Assembly (NCBI RefSeq): GCF_006345805.1
Contig: NW_021833684.1
Location: 1 to 58,030, forward strand
Origin: Octopus sinensis
Taxonomy: Eukaryota
Direction of reading: 5' to 3'
DNA: 58,030 nt
In this document: in pieces, positions 1 to 12,109 of the stretch
How the letters are laid out: every line of letters starts with the position of its first letter
Position numbering within the stretch: position 1 is the first letter of the stretch
Notes under the pieces: generated by a model
The model's database searches: none
What the model was told of the DNA's origin: nothing
What the model saw: only the letters and a program-made list of their open reading frames with translations
Made by a program: the position numbers and the translations under genes

Positions 1-424
1 GTCCTGTAAAAAGCACTCAGTCCACTCTGCTCCAGTTCTGAGAGCACAAATAGTGATAAAAGGACTTTGAGAAACCTAGCTGATTGATTGAGTGACTAAG
101 TAATAAATCAATCAATTGATTTAATGGTTTAACCAATTGACTAATAATCCTATCTACTAAAGGCACAAGGCCTGAAAATCTGGGGGTAGGGGGACCAGTC
201 GATTACATCAACCAATATTCCACTGGTACTTAATTTATCAGCCTCGAAAAGGATGTAAGGCAAAGGCAAACAGATGGAATGTTACTAAGCATTTCACTTG
301 GTGAACCAATTGACTAATATTAGTAAAAGAAGTGAATAGAACCAGTGCATGTGTCTACTATTGGCATAATGACCCTCCTAGGGTACAACAGACTGTACAG
401 ATAAATGAAACAACCATTTCTTAC

Positions 425-589
425 CTTACAGATGATGGCTGAGACGTTGTCATCTGTTTGCGACGGTGTCGTCTTTTGCCACTACCTCCGCGACACTTGT
501 AGCCTTTGCGTTGTGATGTGCTGCTGCTCTCCCAGCAATAAATCGACTGAGGAAGAGTGACTTGGCCAACGGTTACTTGATTCCAGTCT
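425..589 (-). CDS. Notum: Notum coding exon 11; gene probably continues beyond the window start
   Basis: cctggcag|A GAC TGG AAT...GTA AG|gtaaga = DWNQVTVGQVTLPQSIYCWESSSTSQRKGYKCRGGSGKRRHRRKQMTTSQPSSV; aligns to the W..V.V.G..LP.AL.CW block of Notum. The final WPHCNPSCP-type exon was not found in 1-424. Confidence 0.88.
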
Positions 590-920
590 CTGCCAGGAAA
601 CAACAAATATACAAAAAAATACATTAGAAAAGCATTTTAAAAGTTAATCCCACTCTTTACTCGTTTCAGTCGTTGGATTCTGCTTTTAATTGAACAAATC
701 AACCTCTGCAATTATGGTGCTTTTTTTAAAGAAAAAAAGAAAAAAGTTCGGTACTTATTCTATTGATCATTTTTGTCGAATCACAAAGTCATGGGCACGT
801 AAACGAAAAGATACCAGTTGTCAAATAGTGAGGTAGATGGGATAAACACGGGTACAAAGATGTATGCACATAAACACCCACACCCACACACACACACATG
901 CATAGAAAAGGGTGGAGAGG

Positions 921-951
<31 letters not shown>

Positions 952-1577
952 TAGTATCTTAACATTATTTCCATTGTTGTAGCGAAATAATACTTTCCTG
1001 AATCTGTTGGTATCCACAAAACCTCTTCCCCACCAGCGCCACCACCACCCAATCACCTGCGTTGTGTCTAAATTAGAAACAATTCTTTTCTGTGGCAAGA
1101 CACACTTCAAAGGCATCAAAGAAATGCAAGAACAGATAGAGAGATAAATAGATAGAGAGATACAGAGAGGGAGAAAGGGAGATAGAAAGGGAGAGGTAGA
1201 ATGAGAGAGAGAGAGAGAGAGAGAGTAAAGATGTAGTGACGTCACAAGCTTCGTTACGTCTTTACATTCTTCCTTCTCCTCCTCCTCCTCCTCCTCCCTC
1301 TGTTTATTTTTAACTCTCTTTTAGTCAGACTCTGACTTCTCAGAATCTCCTCTCTCTCTCTCTCTCTCTCCCCATCCTTTCAGTGATTTCTCTCTTTTGT
1401 TCTCTCCCTCCCCCTCCGCTTTCTCTGTATCTTTCTCCATTCACCATTCTCAATCATCGTCCTCGCGAACGCATCTACCATCACTGCTACAACCAATAAA
1501 CCATTTACTTCTCTTTTGAGTTGAGTTACTCCCCTTGACGTAACACAAACAGGTAGATAGGAACGTACAATTGTATC

Positions 1578-1627
<50 letters not shown>

Positions 1628-1715
1628 TACCTCAAAAGTTCGCAAGGATTGCGGACTTTTGAGGTACCTCATGAAGAGGGCTAATTTGACTTGCAGCCCA
1701 AAACTAAAGAGAGTT
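1628..1715 (+). repeat. 18-bp-stem hairpin followed by a degenerate hammerhead-like motif; probable Penelope-like element remnant
   Basis: tacctcaaaagttcgcaa-gga-ttgcggacttttgaggta, then ATGAAGA-GGGCT...AGCCC-AAAAC; sits next to an (AT)n tract. Confidence 0.4.
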
Positions 1716-3445
1716 AAATAGCATGACTATAATACGTCTATAATGATTATATACCTCGGTGGTGTTTGATCAGATCTTAAAGACAGATGAGAATTTATTC
1801 TGTGATGGAAACATTCTTTTGTTCCAGTCTCTCAAGTTGAATTCCAACTGCTGGTTAATTTGTCCCAAAGTTCTTATCTCGACGTAAAATTAATGAAACT
1901 AGTGTCATTTATCCCCCCCCCCACTTGATCTCTGACGTCATCTGAGAAACCCCACCAATATGGCATCAATCAGCCAAGCTTTGCCTGCTAGAAATAGCAG
2001 CCCAAATGCTTTTAAATCAGATCCCAATGCTGGATGTGGAAGAACCAAATGAAGGGCAGACTTTCAATCCCGGGATCATCCTGATTCCAAAAAGCTGTAA
2101 TATGTCTATGTAGAGTAAATGTAAGCTAAAATACTGGGGTCCCAGATGAACAGACAGAATTTCGCTTAATTTCAAAACCAGATCGGAATTATATATATAT
2201 ATATAGTGTATGATCTACCTTCTCATTTACACTTCAGGTGCGCTCTACCTCTACTATAAGAACTTTCTTTATATTGCAGGATGATGAAGACAAGTTGAAG
2301 AATATTGAATGATTGATTGTTACACTTAAATCATACAAATAATAATTATCAAAATTGTAATCATACTGATGTGGAAGTTCGTTGATTGGTCTTTTCTGCT
2401 GACCATTCAGGAGCACTCAGATCAGAAGGGTTAAAAACGAAGAATGTAAGCACAGGTAAGCGTAGGCTATAGATGCTGTGGTTTACCTGTGCTAAACCAC
2501 ACCCTAATGTAGTATCAGAATTTCATTTCATTCTAAAAGAATGCTGACTTCCTAAGCAGAAATGGAAACAGCAATGGTTCTTCAGAAAAAAGAATCTATA
2601 TATTCTATCATGACTATAAATGTTTTTCGAGAAACATAATGAAATTTTATAAGTCGGTTCTTTGTAGACAATTTGGAACCAAATTCCACAAAAGGATATT
2701 TCTTAAACTGCAATATAATTAAACTTCAGTTTAATTTCATTGCAGTAACTTTTTTTTTATTTTTCCTTGCCAGAAATTTCCCCTGTAACTCTCCCTGCAC
2801 GCCTCTTAAATACTTATCAGGAGTACCAGAGAAAGTATTTATTTATGTATACTCCTTCGCTAAACAGGAAACAAAACCAAATCTCTTAAATATCCGTCCG
2901 TCCAAACGTTTCCCTCATCACCACCATCAACTAAAACACCAATTAATTTTATTGATAGTTTTATCGATTTTCTATCTCAGTGGGGGGACTTTATAGCTTC
3001 GATTTTATAATTGAAGGTGGTACGTTGATTTAATGTGTCATGCAGTGTGCAGAGAACTCCTGGAAATATCTAGACTATAAGAATAATTGAATAATTAATT
3101 AGCTCGTCTATCAATCCTTCCTGTCTCTTCTCAAATTGTTTGAGACATTTTCTAAACGAAACACAATTTCAAACCTAAATCAGCTGATCTCTTCTCGAGA
3201 TACAAAGTGAAATTAAAAGATTCATAAAAAGTTTCTGCCTCTTTCTCTCGTCTCACTTTCAGTTCTCTCTCTCTCTATCTCTTTCTTTTTCTAAATCTCT
3301 GTCTTTGCTTTTCTCTGCCCTTCTCTTCTCCCCCCCTCTCTCTCTCTCGTATAAACTGATACGTAGAGCAACATCACCGACATAGTATTACACCTTAAGG
3401 TTTTACGACTATTGCGTGTGTGTGTGTGTATATATGTGTGTGTGT

Positions 3446-3481
<36 letters not shown>

Positions 3482-3560
3482 ACCATACACAAAAGTACTA
3501 TTTCTACCTGTGTGTTTGTGCTTTTTGTACATATGTATCCATAAGTTCAGTGTGCGTGTG

Positions 3561-3641
<81 letters not shown>

Positions 3642-4299
3642 TTGTGTGTGTGTAGGAATCTGTTCTAGCTGTATCCTACCATTAAAATCCACACTGGCTG
3701 TGAACCAGAGACAGTAAAAGCCTCTCTACAACCTGAATCCGTCAAGATGCCCAACCATTTAGTTAAAAGTCATAAAATCGCTCGTGAAAGTTTATACGAA
3801 CACATAAAGATTACTGAACGATAAAAGCTGCGAAGATTAACAAAAATCTGCCTGTTTTAAGTAGATTCTCTCATTCCTTCAGTGACCTCCTTTTGTTCCA
3901 CCCCTGTCGTCTGCAAAGAGACGCCATATTAAAAGTAGTGCCTAAGCCGCAAGATGATGGAGAAAAATGTGGATAATATTTAGCAAGAAGCTGAGCTTTC
4001 AACAAAGCCAGTCGTAAAATACGTTGAAATAATTATCAAGAACTACCAGTCCTTATAAATCATTCCTTAATCGTTGTTTCTCTCTTCACCTTCTCTCTCT
4101 CTCACACACACATACATGCATAAACGCACACATACATAGTGTGTCTACTTAGAGACAACACGGTCCAGTATTTATGTATGGAGGATACACCGGGGCGCAG
4201 ACCAGCAACCATTCATACAGTAGTATATTAGTATATACAAGACTGAGTCCGGTATATATTCATTGAGTTTACATAGAACAGTACCCCTCCTCTCTTCCC

Positions 4300-4378
<79 letters not shown>

Positions 4379-4780
4379 GTTTGCTGTTCCATTGTAGGTA
4401 GGATCAACCCAAAAAGTACTCCAGTATTTAGATAAGAGCATTTAAGTATCATGCCAAGGAAACACGATAACTGAGCACATTTATATAATGTGCATTGCGT
4501 CTCCAAGCAATCTTTCAGGCCCAGTGCGCATGGTTAGTCCTATTTGAAAAACCAGGACGCTGTGTGTGTGTGTGTTTTGGTCTCCATTACCACTTGACTA
4601 GTGTTGGTGTGTTTACGTCTCCATAACTTAGCGCTTCAGCAAAGAAGACCAATAGAATAAGTACTAGGCTTTAAAGACACAAAAAGTACTGGGGTCAATC
4701 CGTTCGACGAAAATCGTTCAAGGCGATGCCCCAGCATGGCCGCGGTCGAATGATTGAAACAAGTAAAGAATGATATATAT

Positions 4781-4845
<65 letters not shown>

Positions 4846-4849
4846 CAAA

Positions 4850-5020
4850 TTTACAGAAAACATAAGATGACGACAGGTGAGGGAACAAGAAGCAGGTGTT
4901 TTAGTTTAACGCTCGAAAAGAATGGAAAAGTCTTTGACGTTTCGAACCTACGCTCTTCGACAGAAAGGACTGAGAGGGGGAAAAAAATGAAAAGAGAACG
5001 AAAAAAAAAACGGAGAGAGA
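4850..5020 (-). mobile_element. Penelope-like element terminal remnant with hammerhead-like core (4932-4967)
   Basis: Minus strand CTTT-CTGTCGA-A-GAGC gtag GTTC-GAAA-CGTC-AAAG; bounded by (AT)n and (AC)n. Same architecture as 15660-15850. Confidence 0.5.
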
Positions 5021-5500
5021 AAAAATGTGTAGGATACACACACACACACACGTCCAGTTTTAGTTTATTGAGTAAACTTAAAGACATAGCCTCGTGTAGA
5101 TATAAATGCAATATATATCAAAATGAGACAAAAAACCGTCTTCGCAATGGCTGCGAGAGACCAGCAACGATGACCAGTGGATGTTCACTGTTTTCTATAT
5201 GAGAGGTGACAAACCTCATCTCGGTAAGTGGCTGGTTGCGAATACACTTCATTGACAAGGCTAAAATGAATCTGGTGATATCACTTGCTGCTGAAGGCCT
5301 AGTTTTCATCTTCCTCTGATATACATACAGTTTTTATTTTTTAACACAGTTTATCCATAAGATATTTTATCTCAGGCAAAAAACCACAGTAACTCTGCCT
5401 GTCAACAATGTATATGCCTTAAGTATGATACATGGATGTCTATTTTAATAAATAATGTTACGATATGTACAAATGAATAAGAAATATCAAATGGTCTTAC

Positions 5501-5548
5501 CTCTTCATTAACATAATGTGTGACATACATGCAGGAGCAAACACCGCA
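5501..5548 (-). CDS. Notum: Notum coding exon 10 (catalytic His)
   Basis: tttttcag|T GCG GTG TTT GCT CCT GCA TGT ATG TCA CAC ATT ATG TTA ATG AAG AG|gtaaga = AVFAPACMSHIMLMK(R); 48 nt. Confidence 0.94.
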
Positions 5549-5698
5549 CTGAAAAATACAAAAATAGACAAATGTCAAGGCTCTGTCTCTTAGGGACAGC
5601 AAGGATTATCAGGCGGGGTTCTAAGCGCTTGAAAGACTGCTGAAAATTGTGGATACCTAAATCCTATCAGGAATGAGACCGAGTCTGAGCCAAACTAA

Positions 5699-5760
<62 letters not shown>

Positions 5761-5762
<2 letters not shown>

Positions 5763-6316
5763 GCCCTGATGCAGTACCAGGCAGTGGCTCTCATGGCTTC
5801 TGATCTTAACTGATTGGAAGTGTTATCATGTACATTGTTTTGTCTTGGTATAAAAGATGGGCTACAGCAAATATTCTGCTCAATACCACAGATTTGCTTG
5901 TCAGTTGTTTGACCTTAACCAGTTGACCATGTCCCTTACTGGCTGACGATATGTGCATCTCTGATCACGAGCAGAAGTAGTGGGGGAGAATCATAGCCAT
6001 GTGTTGAGAGGGATGCTTTGGGGTTTGAATAATTCACCTCTGGAGACATGGGTGGTTTTTTCAACATCCTTAAACAACCCTTATTCAGGGACCTTTTGAG
6101 CGGGATGGGCTACTCAACCCGAAGAAAATTCTAACTGGGCCCCACCTGCAAGGTCATGTGCAGTTTATCTTGATATGAGATCACCATATCGCGCACATAT
6201 GGTTGTGATGCATGTGCCTGGTGTGCCCTTATCAGATGGGTAGTCATGATGGGTATATTGGGCTTCGTATATTTTACCCCAGTGTCACTTTGATGGCATG
6301 AACTGCTCTCTCACTC
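5761..6316. mobile_element. ~555 bp interspersed repeat embedded in (AAT)n, copy 1
   Basis: Highly similar along its full length to 19272-19824; both copies are flanked on both sides by (AAT)n. Confidence 0.85.
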
Positions 6317-6361
<45 letters not shown>

Positions 6362-6866
6362 TAATTCGTTTATTGGCCACAAGGGCTAACAAAAATCAAA
6401 TAAAAACATGTAAAGATAAAATACAGGACAAGAGTTACAAAAAGGGTTTTGTCCGTTTGTAAAGTCCATGTAAAAATGCAAGATAACAACGAAAATATAA
6501 CAAATAAAAACTCCCAATAGGGGGAGGTGCTTCGAAAGGTTACTCGTGGAAAAACCCATAAAAGCCACGGGAGCCTGGTCAAAAGGGGGTGGGTAGAGAG
6601 CCCCTTTCTCCTTTTATATTACCTTTTTTTACAGGTGTATCCTCAGAATTGTTCCGTTCATACTGGCCATTCTTGCGACATTCACCCACCTTTCAATAAA
6701 TTTGCCACGAGACAGCACTTCCCTCTCTACACTCATCTTCCTTTTCAAGTGGAACTTGAAAAAGCTGATGGGGCCTTGGACAAAGAGGAAAGTGTCTGAC
6801 TTCAGCCCTTCCAAACGGGTCCACCATACAACCTCTTTCGCTACAGCCACTAGACAAAGAATATTA
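6362..6866 (-). mobile_element. 5'-truncated L1/Tx1-clade LINE (ORF2 C-terminus plus 3' UTR)
   Basis: Minus ORF ..LCLVAVAKEVVWWTRLEG...GKFIERWVNVARM..IHL* resembles the Tx1/L1 ORF2 C-terminal pattern (AK.aIW..R ... F..rW); followed by a ~260 nt UTR ending AATAAA (6374-6369) and (TTA)n. Confidence 0.7.
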
Positions 6867-6879
6867 ATAATAGACTTAC

Positions 6880-7018
6880 GAAACATTCTTCAAGGATTCT
6901 TTGATATCGAGACCCAACTGGTGAATATACTGCCATTGTTCCTTGTGCACGGGTGGACCGACATTGTCAGCGGTCAGTTGAGCCACATCAAACATAAACT
7001 GTACAATATAAACCGGAG
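6880..7018 (-). CDS. Notum: Notum coding exon 9 (catalytic Asp)
   Basis: cttttccag|CT CCG GTT...GTT TC|gtaagt = (T)PVYIVQFMFDVAQLTADNVGPPVHKEQWQYIHQLGLDIKESLKNV(S); 139 nt. Confidence 0.95.
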
Positions 7019-7139
7019 CTGGAAAAGAATAATACAAATACAAATAAAAATAAAAAGAAACACTATGGTCAGCGCGAGGAAGGTCAGATTCGAAGGAATT
7101 TGAAAGGTTTCAGATTGAGCGTTCATTACTCGTCGTCGT

Positions 7140-7523
7140 GGGACTCCGTCGGTTGCGACGACGACGAGGGCTCCAGTTGGTCCGATCAACGGAACACTCT
7201 GCTCGTGAAATTAACGTGCAAGTGGCTGAGCACTCCATAGTCACGTGTACCCTTAACGTGTACCCTTAACGTGTACCCTCGGGGAGATTCAGCGTGACAC
7301 AGAATGTGATAAGGATGGCCCTTTGAAATACACGTACAACATAAACAGGAAGAAAGAGTGGGAGAAAATTGTGGTGAAAGAGTACAGCAGGGTTCGCTAC
7401 CCCCTCCCCTGCCGGAGCCTCGTGGAGCTTTAGGTGTTTTCGCTCAATAAACACAAACAATGCCCGGTCTGGGAATCGAAACCGCGAGTCCGCTGCCGTA
7501 AGCAGTGGGCCATTGCGCCTCCA
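7140..7523 (-). mobile_element. tRNA-derived SINE, family C
   Basis: Head ggaggcgcaatggcccactg...gtttcgattcccag (A/B box-like); body shared with 37010-37340; contains a 13-bp tandem (acgtgtaccctta). Confidence 0.75.
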
Positions 7524-7807
7524 CATTCATTACTTAAATTACTGCGCTCTTCCAGATTTATTTTGCCAAGAATTCAGCACCCTTAATTCTCAAAATTATT
7601 TCAGGTGTTTATTGCAGAGCCTCAAAGACTTCCAGGGATCAATATTGATCTCTTTGGTGACTTCTAGACTAAATTATGCAAAAGAAAATGAAAGACGATC
7701 GCCCACCTCCTCCTCTCAGCCTGTTAACAGAGTAACACAAACTCTACCCCATTAAAATGGCCATGTGGTTGGGGTTCCAGTCTGATTTGAAAGCAATGGA
7801 GATCGTA

Positions 7808-8305
7808 GGTGCAGGCATGGGTGTGTGGTTAAGAAGTTTGCTTCCAAACCACATGACTTTAGGTTCAGTCCCACAATGCAACACCTTGAGCCAATGTCTT
7901 CTCTTACAGCCTCAGACCGACAAAAGCCTTCTGAATGGATTAGGTAGATGGAAACTGAAAGAAGCCCACTCGCATGTATATATAAGCGTTTGTGGATATG
8001 TTTGCGTCTCTTTGTCTTGACATTGTGTGATGGTCGTAAATGAATGTCACCGTCATACAAGCAGTGTCGTTCATTTGCAATATTCTGCGAGAACATGTCT
8101 GGCCACGGGGAGAAAATATTACCTGGCTTGGAAATAAGCATGGGTTGGTGAAAAGAAGGGCATCTGGCCATAGAAAACCTTCCACAATAAACTGCCTGAC
8201 CCATACAAGCATGGAAAAGTGGACGTTAAGACACCGTCGACACTAATGATGATGATGATTATGATGATGATGAAGATGAAGATGAAGATGAAGATGAGAT
8301 GATGA
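7808..8305 (+). mobile_element. tRNA-derived SINE, family B head with an alternative tail ending in (GAT)n
   Basis: Head ggtgcaggcatgggtgtgtggttaagaag...ggttcagtcccac matches family B; the 3' half differs and ends gtggacgttaag..gatgatgat. Confidence 0.7.
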
Positions 8306-8317
8306 TGATATACTTAC

Positions 8318-8418
8318 TTTTCAGTGTTGGGTAGAGGCGATATCCAAAGTAACAGCGCCACTTCTCACTTTCGGCATAGCGATCTGCGCATCTTCTTGGC
8401 AGCCGACCATTCCACAGA
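8318..8418 (-). CDS. Notum: Notum coding exon 8
   Basis: tttgacag|T CTG TGG AAT...CTG AAA A|gtaagt = LWNGRLPRRCADRYAESEKWRCYFGYRLYPTLK; 101 nt. Confidence 0.95.
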
Positions 8419-9708
8419 CTGTCAAAGTAATGTTCAATAAATGTTATTCACTGTCTACGGCAGAGACAAGCAACCAATCCTACTACAAGGGCTACATGAA
8501 TTTGAACTCAGAACGTAACGGCAGACGAAATACCGCTTAGCATTTCGCCCGGCGTGCTAACGGTTCTGCCAGCTCGCAGCCTTAAGCAAAAAGTAAATAT
8601 TGAAGAAAAAATAAGAACACATTTGGCCAAATTTGGACATACGACAGTTTAACATAATAGCAACGTACACACCGCCACTACCACCACCACTATCACCGCC
8701 ATCATTACATCCGCCAACTTCATAATTGGAACCAAAACCACAGCAAAAACAAAAAAAACACCACCATTACCATCAGCGATACTACCACTACCACAATAAC
8801 TACCACACCACTGTTAGTACTAGATCCACAACCACAACAAAGATATCCAATTCCATCCACCACCACCGTTAAAACTACAGCCATAACAAACAATATCAGG
8901 ATCCATCACCACCACTACTACTACTACTACCAAAACCACAACCTTCTACTACCGCCATCGCCGCCAACATCATGGACTACACCTTCCACCACCACCACCA
9001 AGACTAAAACGACACTGCCACCCCCACCCCCGCCTCCACCCCTATCATCAAATGAACTTTTGATGTGGAAACATCAATGAAGGAATGTGGTGTGGGGGGA
9101 AAGGGGGTGACGGTGGGAGGTAGTAATATAATGATTATGGTGGTAGTGGTGGTAGAGGTAGTATAGTGTTGATAGCGGGTATGGTGGTGTCGGTGGTTAC
9201 GGTGGCGCTAATGGTGCTGGTGGTGAAGGTGGCGGTGGTAGTGATGGTAATGTTTAAAGCGGCGGTGGTGATGGCAATCATGATTATAGTGCGTGCTCGA
9301 GACACACACACACACAGACAAACATACACACATACAACAAATATACACACGCACACACACACAGATAAGCACAGTTAAACACACACACATATACAGATAC
9401 AGCCACACACGTTTAAACACACACATACACAGAGACATCACACACACACATACACAACACACGCACAAACGCATCGTCACAGTTCAGTTGCTTCTACAGT
9501 TAATCATTACATTTGTTCAACACTTTTCAATTTTCTCCCACCTACCCACCCACCCATCCACCACCACCACCTACCTCGGGGCTTTCTACTTGGTCGCTTG
9601 ACAAGCTAGAAATAGTAGGTAAATCTTCATCAAATCACACCCTGCCGTTTTAAAAACAGGCCCATATCAATTAATGGTTGTGTGTGTGTGTGTGACAAGC
9701 AGCACACA

Positions 9709-9759
<51 letters not shown>

Positions 9760-9784
9760 ACACACATCAACAGGGTCCACTTAC

Positions 9785-9973
9785 TCGACTCCTCTTTTGA
9801 TCCCATCGATTGGTGCACAGGAATGCGCGTTCATACACGGGGCAGGTTTGTACTGTTTGTTGTCCAGAAACCAGCCAGAGTCGGACACACCCCTCACTTC
9901 GATGCCGGGGACCCAGTCTGCTAGGTTGTCGGCGACGCGATCCAAGTTCAGAAGAACTCCGGTGCCGCCAGCA
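9785..9973 (-). CDS. Notum: Notum coding exon 7
   Basis: atttcag|T GCT GGC GGC...GTC GA|gtaagt = AGGTGVLLNLDRVADNLADWVPGIEVRGVSDSGWFLDNKQYKPAPCMNAHSCAPIDGIKRGV; completes GSSAG nucleophile elbow and contains DSGWFLD; 189 nt. Confidence 0.96.
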
Positions 9974-10253
9974 CTGAAATGAAACGCAAAAACCAGATTA
10001 GCAATTGGCAGGGGATAGTCACGAATGGAACGAACTGTACGTCTTTCACGCTTGCATACGGCTTCTTGGTACTTTCCTATTATCGACGGCTAATTTTTGT
10101 TTAATTATTAAAGTAATTAGTAAACAATGGTAATAAACATGCCCCCCCCCCTTCACAATTGCTGGCCTTGAGCCAAAATCACAAAGAATACTACACGCTG
10201 TTATTGTCGCTGTTCTTCTAATAATCGGCTCTGCCCGAGCAGATATTCTAGGG

Positions 10254-10567
10254 CAGGGATATTCTCAACTTTTTTTTATGGACCTCTTTGATTACTATTT
10301 TATTCTGGTGGAATCCCCATTGTCATTCAATGTTTTAAAAATCTAGTTTTATAGAAACTTCTTTCAAAATTCCTATTTTGTTTTTTTTCACACATTTCCT
10401 TTGCGTAGGTTGAACCAAGTAAAATGTTAGAGAAAGAAACCCAGCTGTTTCTTGCAATACGAGATACATCTAAAGCAAAATCCTTTCAGGGGCCCTTAAA
10501 ATATTATTGTGGGTCTCTAATTAACTATTTCCCCAAAAGCCTTATAGACCCCGGGTGAGAACCACTG
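10254..10567. mobile_element. hAT/Charlie-like MITE, degenerate
   Basis: Termini cagggatattctcaac ... ggtgagaaccactg; left part similar to 34876-35040. Confidence 0.55.
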
Positions 10568-10689
10568 CCCTGCGGAATGTATTTCCGGTTATGTTGTGGT
10601 ATTTGGTCGCTGCAGGTTTCACGCGTTTTCATTGAGACGGATTTAGAGATTTGATAAATATAGATAATCTTTTACCTTTTAAATGAAAT

Positions 10690-11045
10690 GCTTCAGTAAC
10701 TGAACTACGGCCACGCTGGGGCATCGCCTTGAAAGGTTTAGCCGAACAGATTACCTCCAGTACTTATTTTTTGTAAGTCTGGTACTAATTCTACCGTTAT
10801 CTTGTGTCGAACTGCTAAGTTACGAGGACGTAAACAAACTAATATCGGTTGTCAAGCGGTAGCGATGGGGGGAACATAAACACACATGCGATGGGCTTCT
10901 AATAGTTCTTATAATACGAAATCCACTCACAAAGCTTTGGTCGGCCTGAGGCTGTAGTAGAAGACAAGGTGTCATGTTTGTGGGACTGAACCCTAGACCA
11001 TATAGTTGGCAAGCAAGCTTCTTAACCACACAGCTACGTTTGCAG
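10690..11045 (-). mobile_element. SINE family B, diverged copy
   Basis: Similar to the full-length copy at 20435-20846. Confidence 0.7.
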
Positions 11046-11242
11046 CTATAGATTGACAAAATAATTTCCAAAACAATTAGGATCAAAGTTATTTCACTGA
11101 AAGTCCCGCAGGTGGCGCCCTAGCATGGCTGATATCCAAAGATTGTCGCCAGTTAAAGATTAAAACAATATATTGAATTTAATAACAGACATGCAATAAT
11201 GCTGAAACTCTTCAATTTCCAAAGATAGATAAATGCTGTTAC

Positions 11243-11345
11243 CTGCTTCCGGCTAAAATCAACTTTTTCCCTTTGGCAAGGCCATGAGCCAAAAGATCTT
11301 TGAGCACCTCTTCAATTATCAACGAACCCATGAATGAGAAATCTT
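11243..11345 (-). CDS. Notum: Notum coding exon 6
   Basis: tttgcag|AA GAT TTC...GGA AGC AG|gtaaca = (E)DFSFMGSLIIEEVLKDLLAHGLAKGKKLILAGS(S); the catalytic Ser codon AG|T is split by intron 6; 103 nt. Confidence 0.95.
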
Positions 11346-11396
11346 CTGCAAAGCAACAAAATAATTATTAATTATTATGAACACATAAAACAGTTG

Positions 11397-11555
11397 TGCA
11401 GGCGAGTATCTTAGTGGTTAGGGTGCTGGGCTCATGATCGTAAGATTGTGGTTTCGATTTCTGAACCAGGCGACGGTGTCGTGTTCTTGAGCAAAACACT
11501 TAATTTCGCGTCGCTCCAGTCCACTCAACAGGCAAAAATGAGTAATCCCGCGACC
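11397..11555 (+). mobile_element. SINE family C head fragment
   Basis: cttagtggttagggtg...gtttcgatttc...gtgttcttgagcaaaacactt; tRNA-like boxes. Confidence 0.65.
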
Positions 11556-11679
11556 AGAGCATAAAACTCCCATATCATTGATCATGCGCTTATCTTGTTT
11601 TTCTTATGTGTAAGTTGTTTGTGCGTTAATTGTAAAGTCTTGTGTTGCAGCGATATGAGACATATGAAGGGAGCGTTAC

Positions 11680-11738
11680 CTTTGCTTGTGGCTTTGTAAG
11701 TTCCTGTCCATGAGTCACTGGAGCAATAAGGAATATAT
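11680..11738 (-). CDS. Notum: Notum coding exon 5
   Basis: gttacag|A TAT ATT CCT TAT TGC TCC AGT GAC TCA TGG...AAA G|gtaacg = YIPYCSSDSWTGTYKATSK (PYCSSD motif); 59 nt. Confidence 0.95.
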
Positions 11739-12109
11739 CTGTAACAGAGGGGGGGAAAAGCATAGTTAGAGAAACCGTTTGTAGTTACCTGCCTTCGAAC
11801 GCACACACGCACTATATATATATATATATATATGCATTTATGTATGAGTGTATGTACGTATGTAGTAGAACTTATATATATACAAATAATGTACAACTGC
11901 TACTGATATGTATAAAGCTCCTCTTAGATTATCCTAATCCAAGCTGCTTCCTGTATTATAGTTATTAATTGACTACTAATCCGAGAAGTATTGATCCGTT
12001 CTAAGCAAATAAAGGACAAATAAGGATAAACATAAGAACACAAGTTTATATTGAAGTTCCAACGCGCATTTCACCTTTGTGGTTGTTTGGTAGTCCTTGC
12101 TACACTACG

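Noticed and set aside
421-624. 67-aa ORF as a standalone gene
   Set aside because: It is Notum exon 11 plus flanking intron; the splice acceptor is at 592-590.
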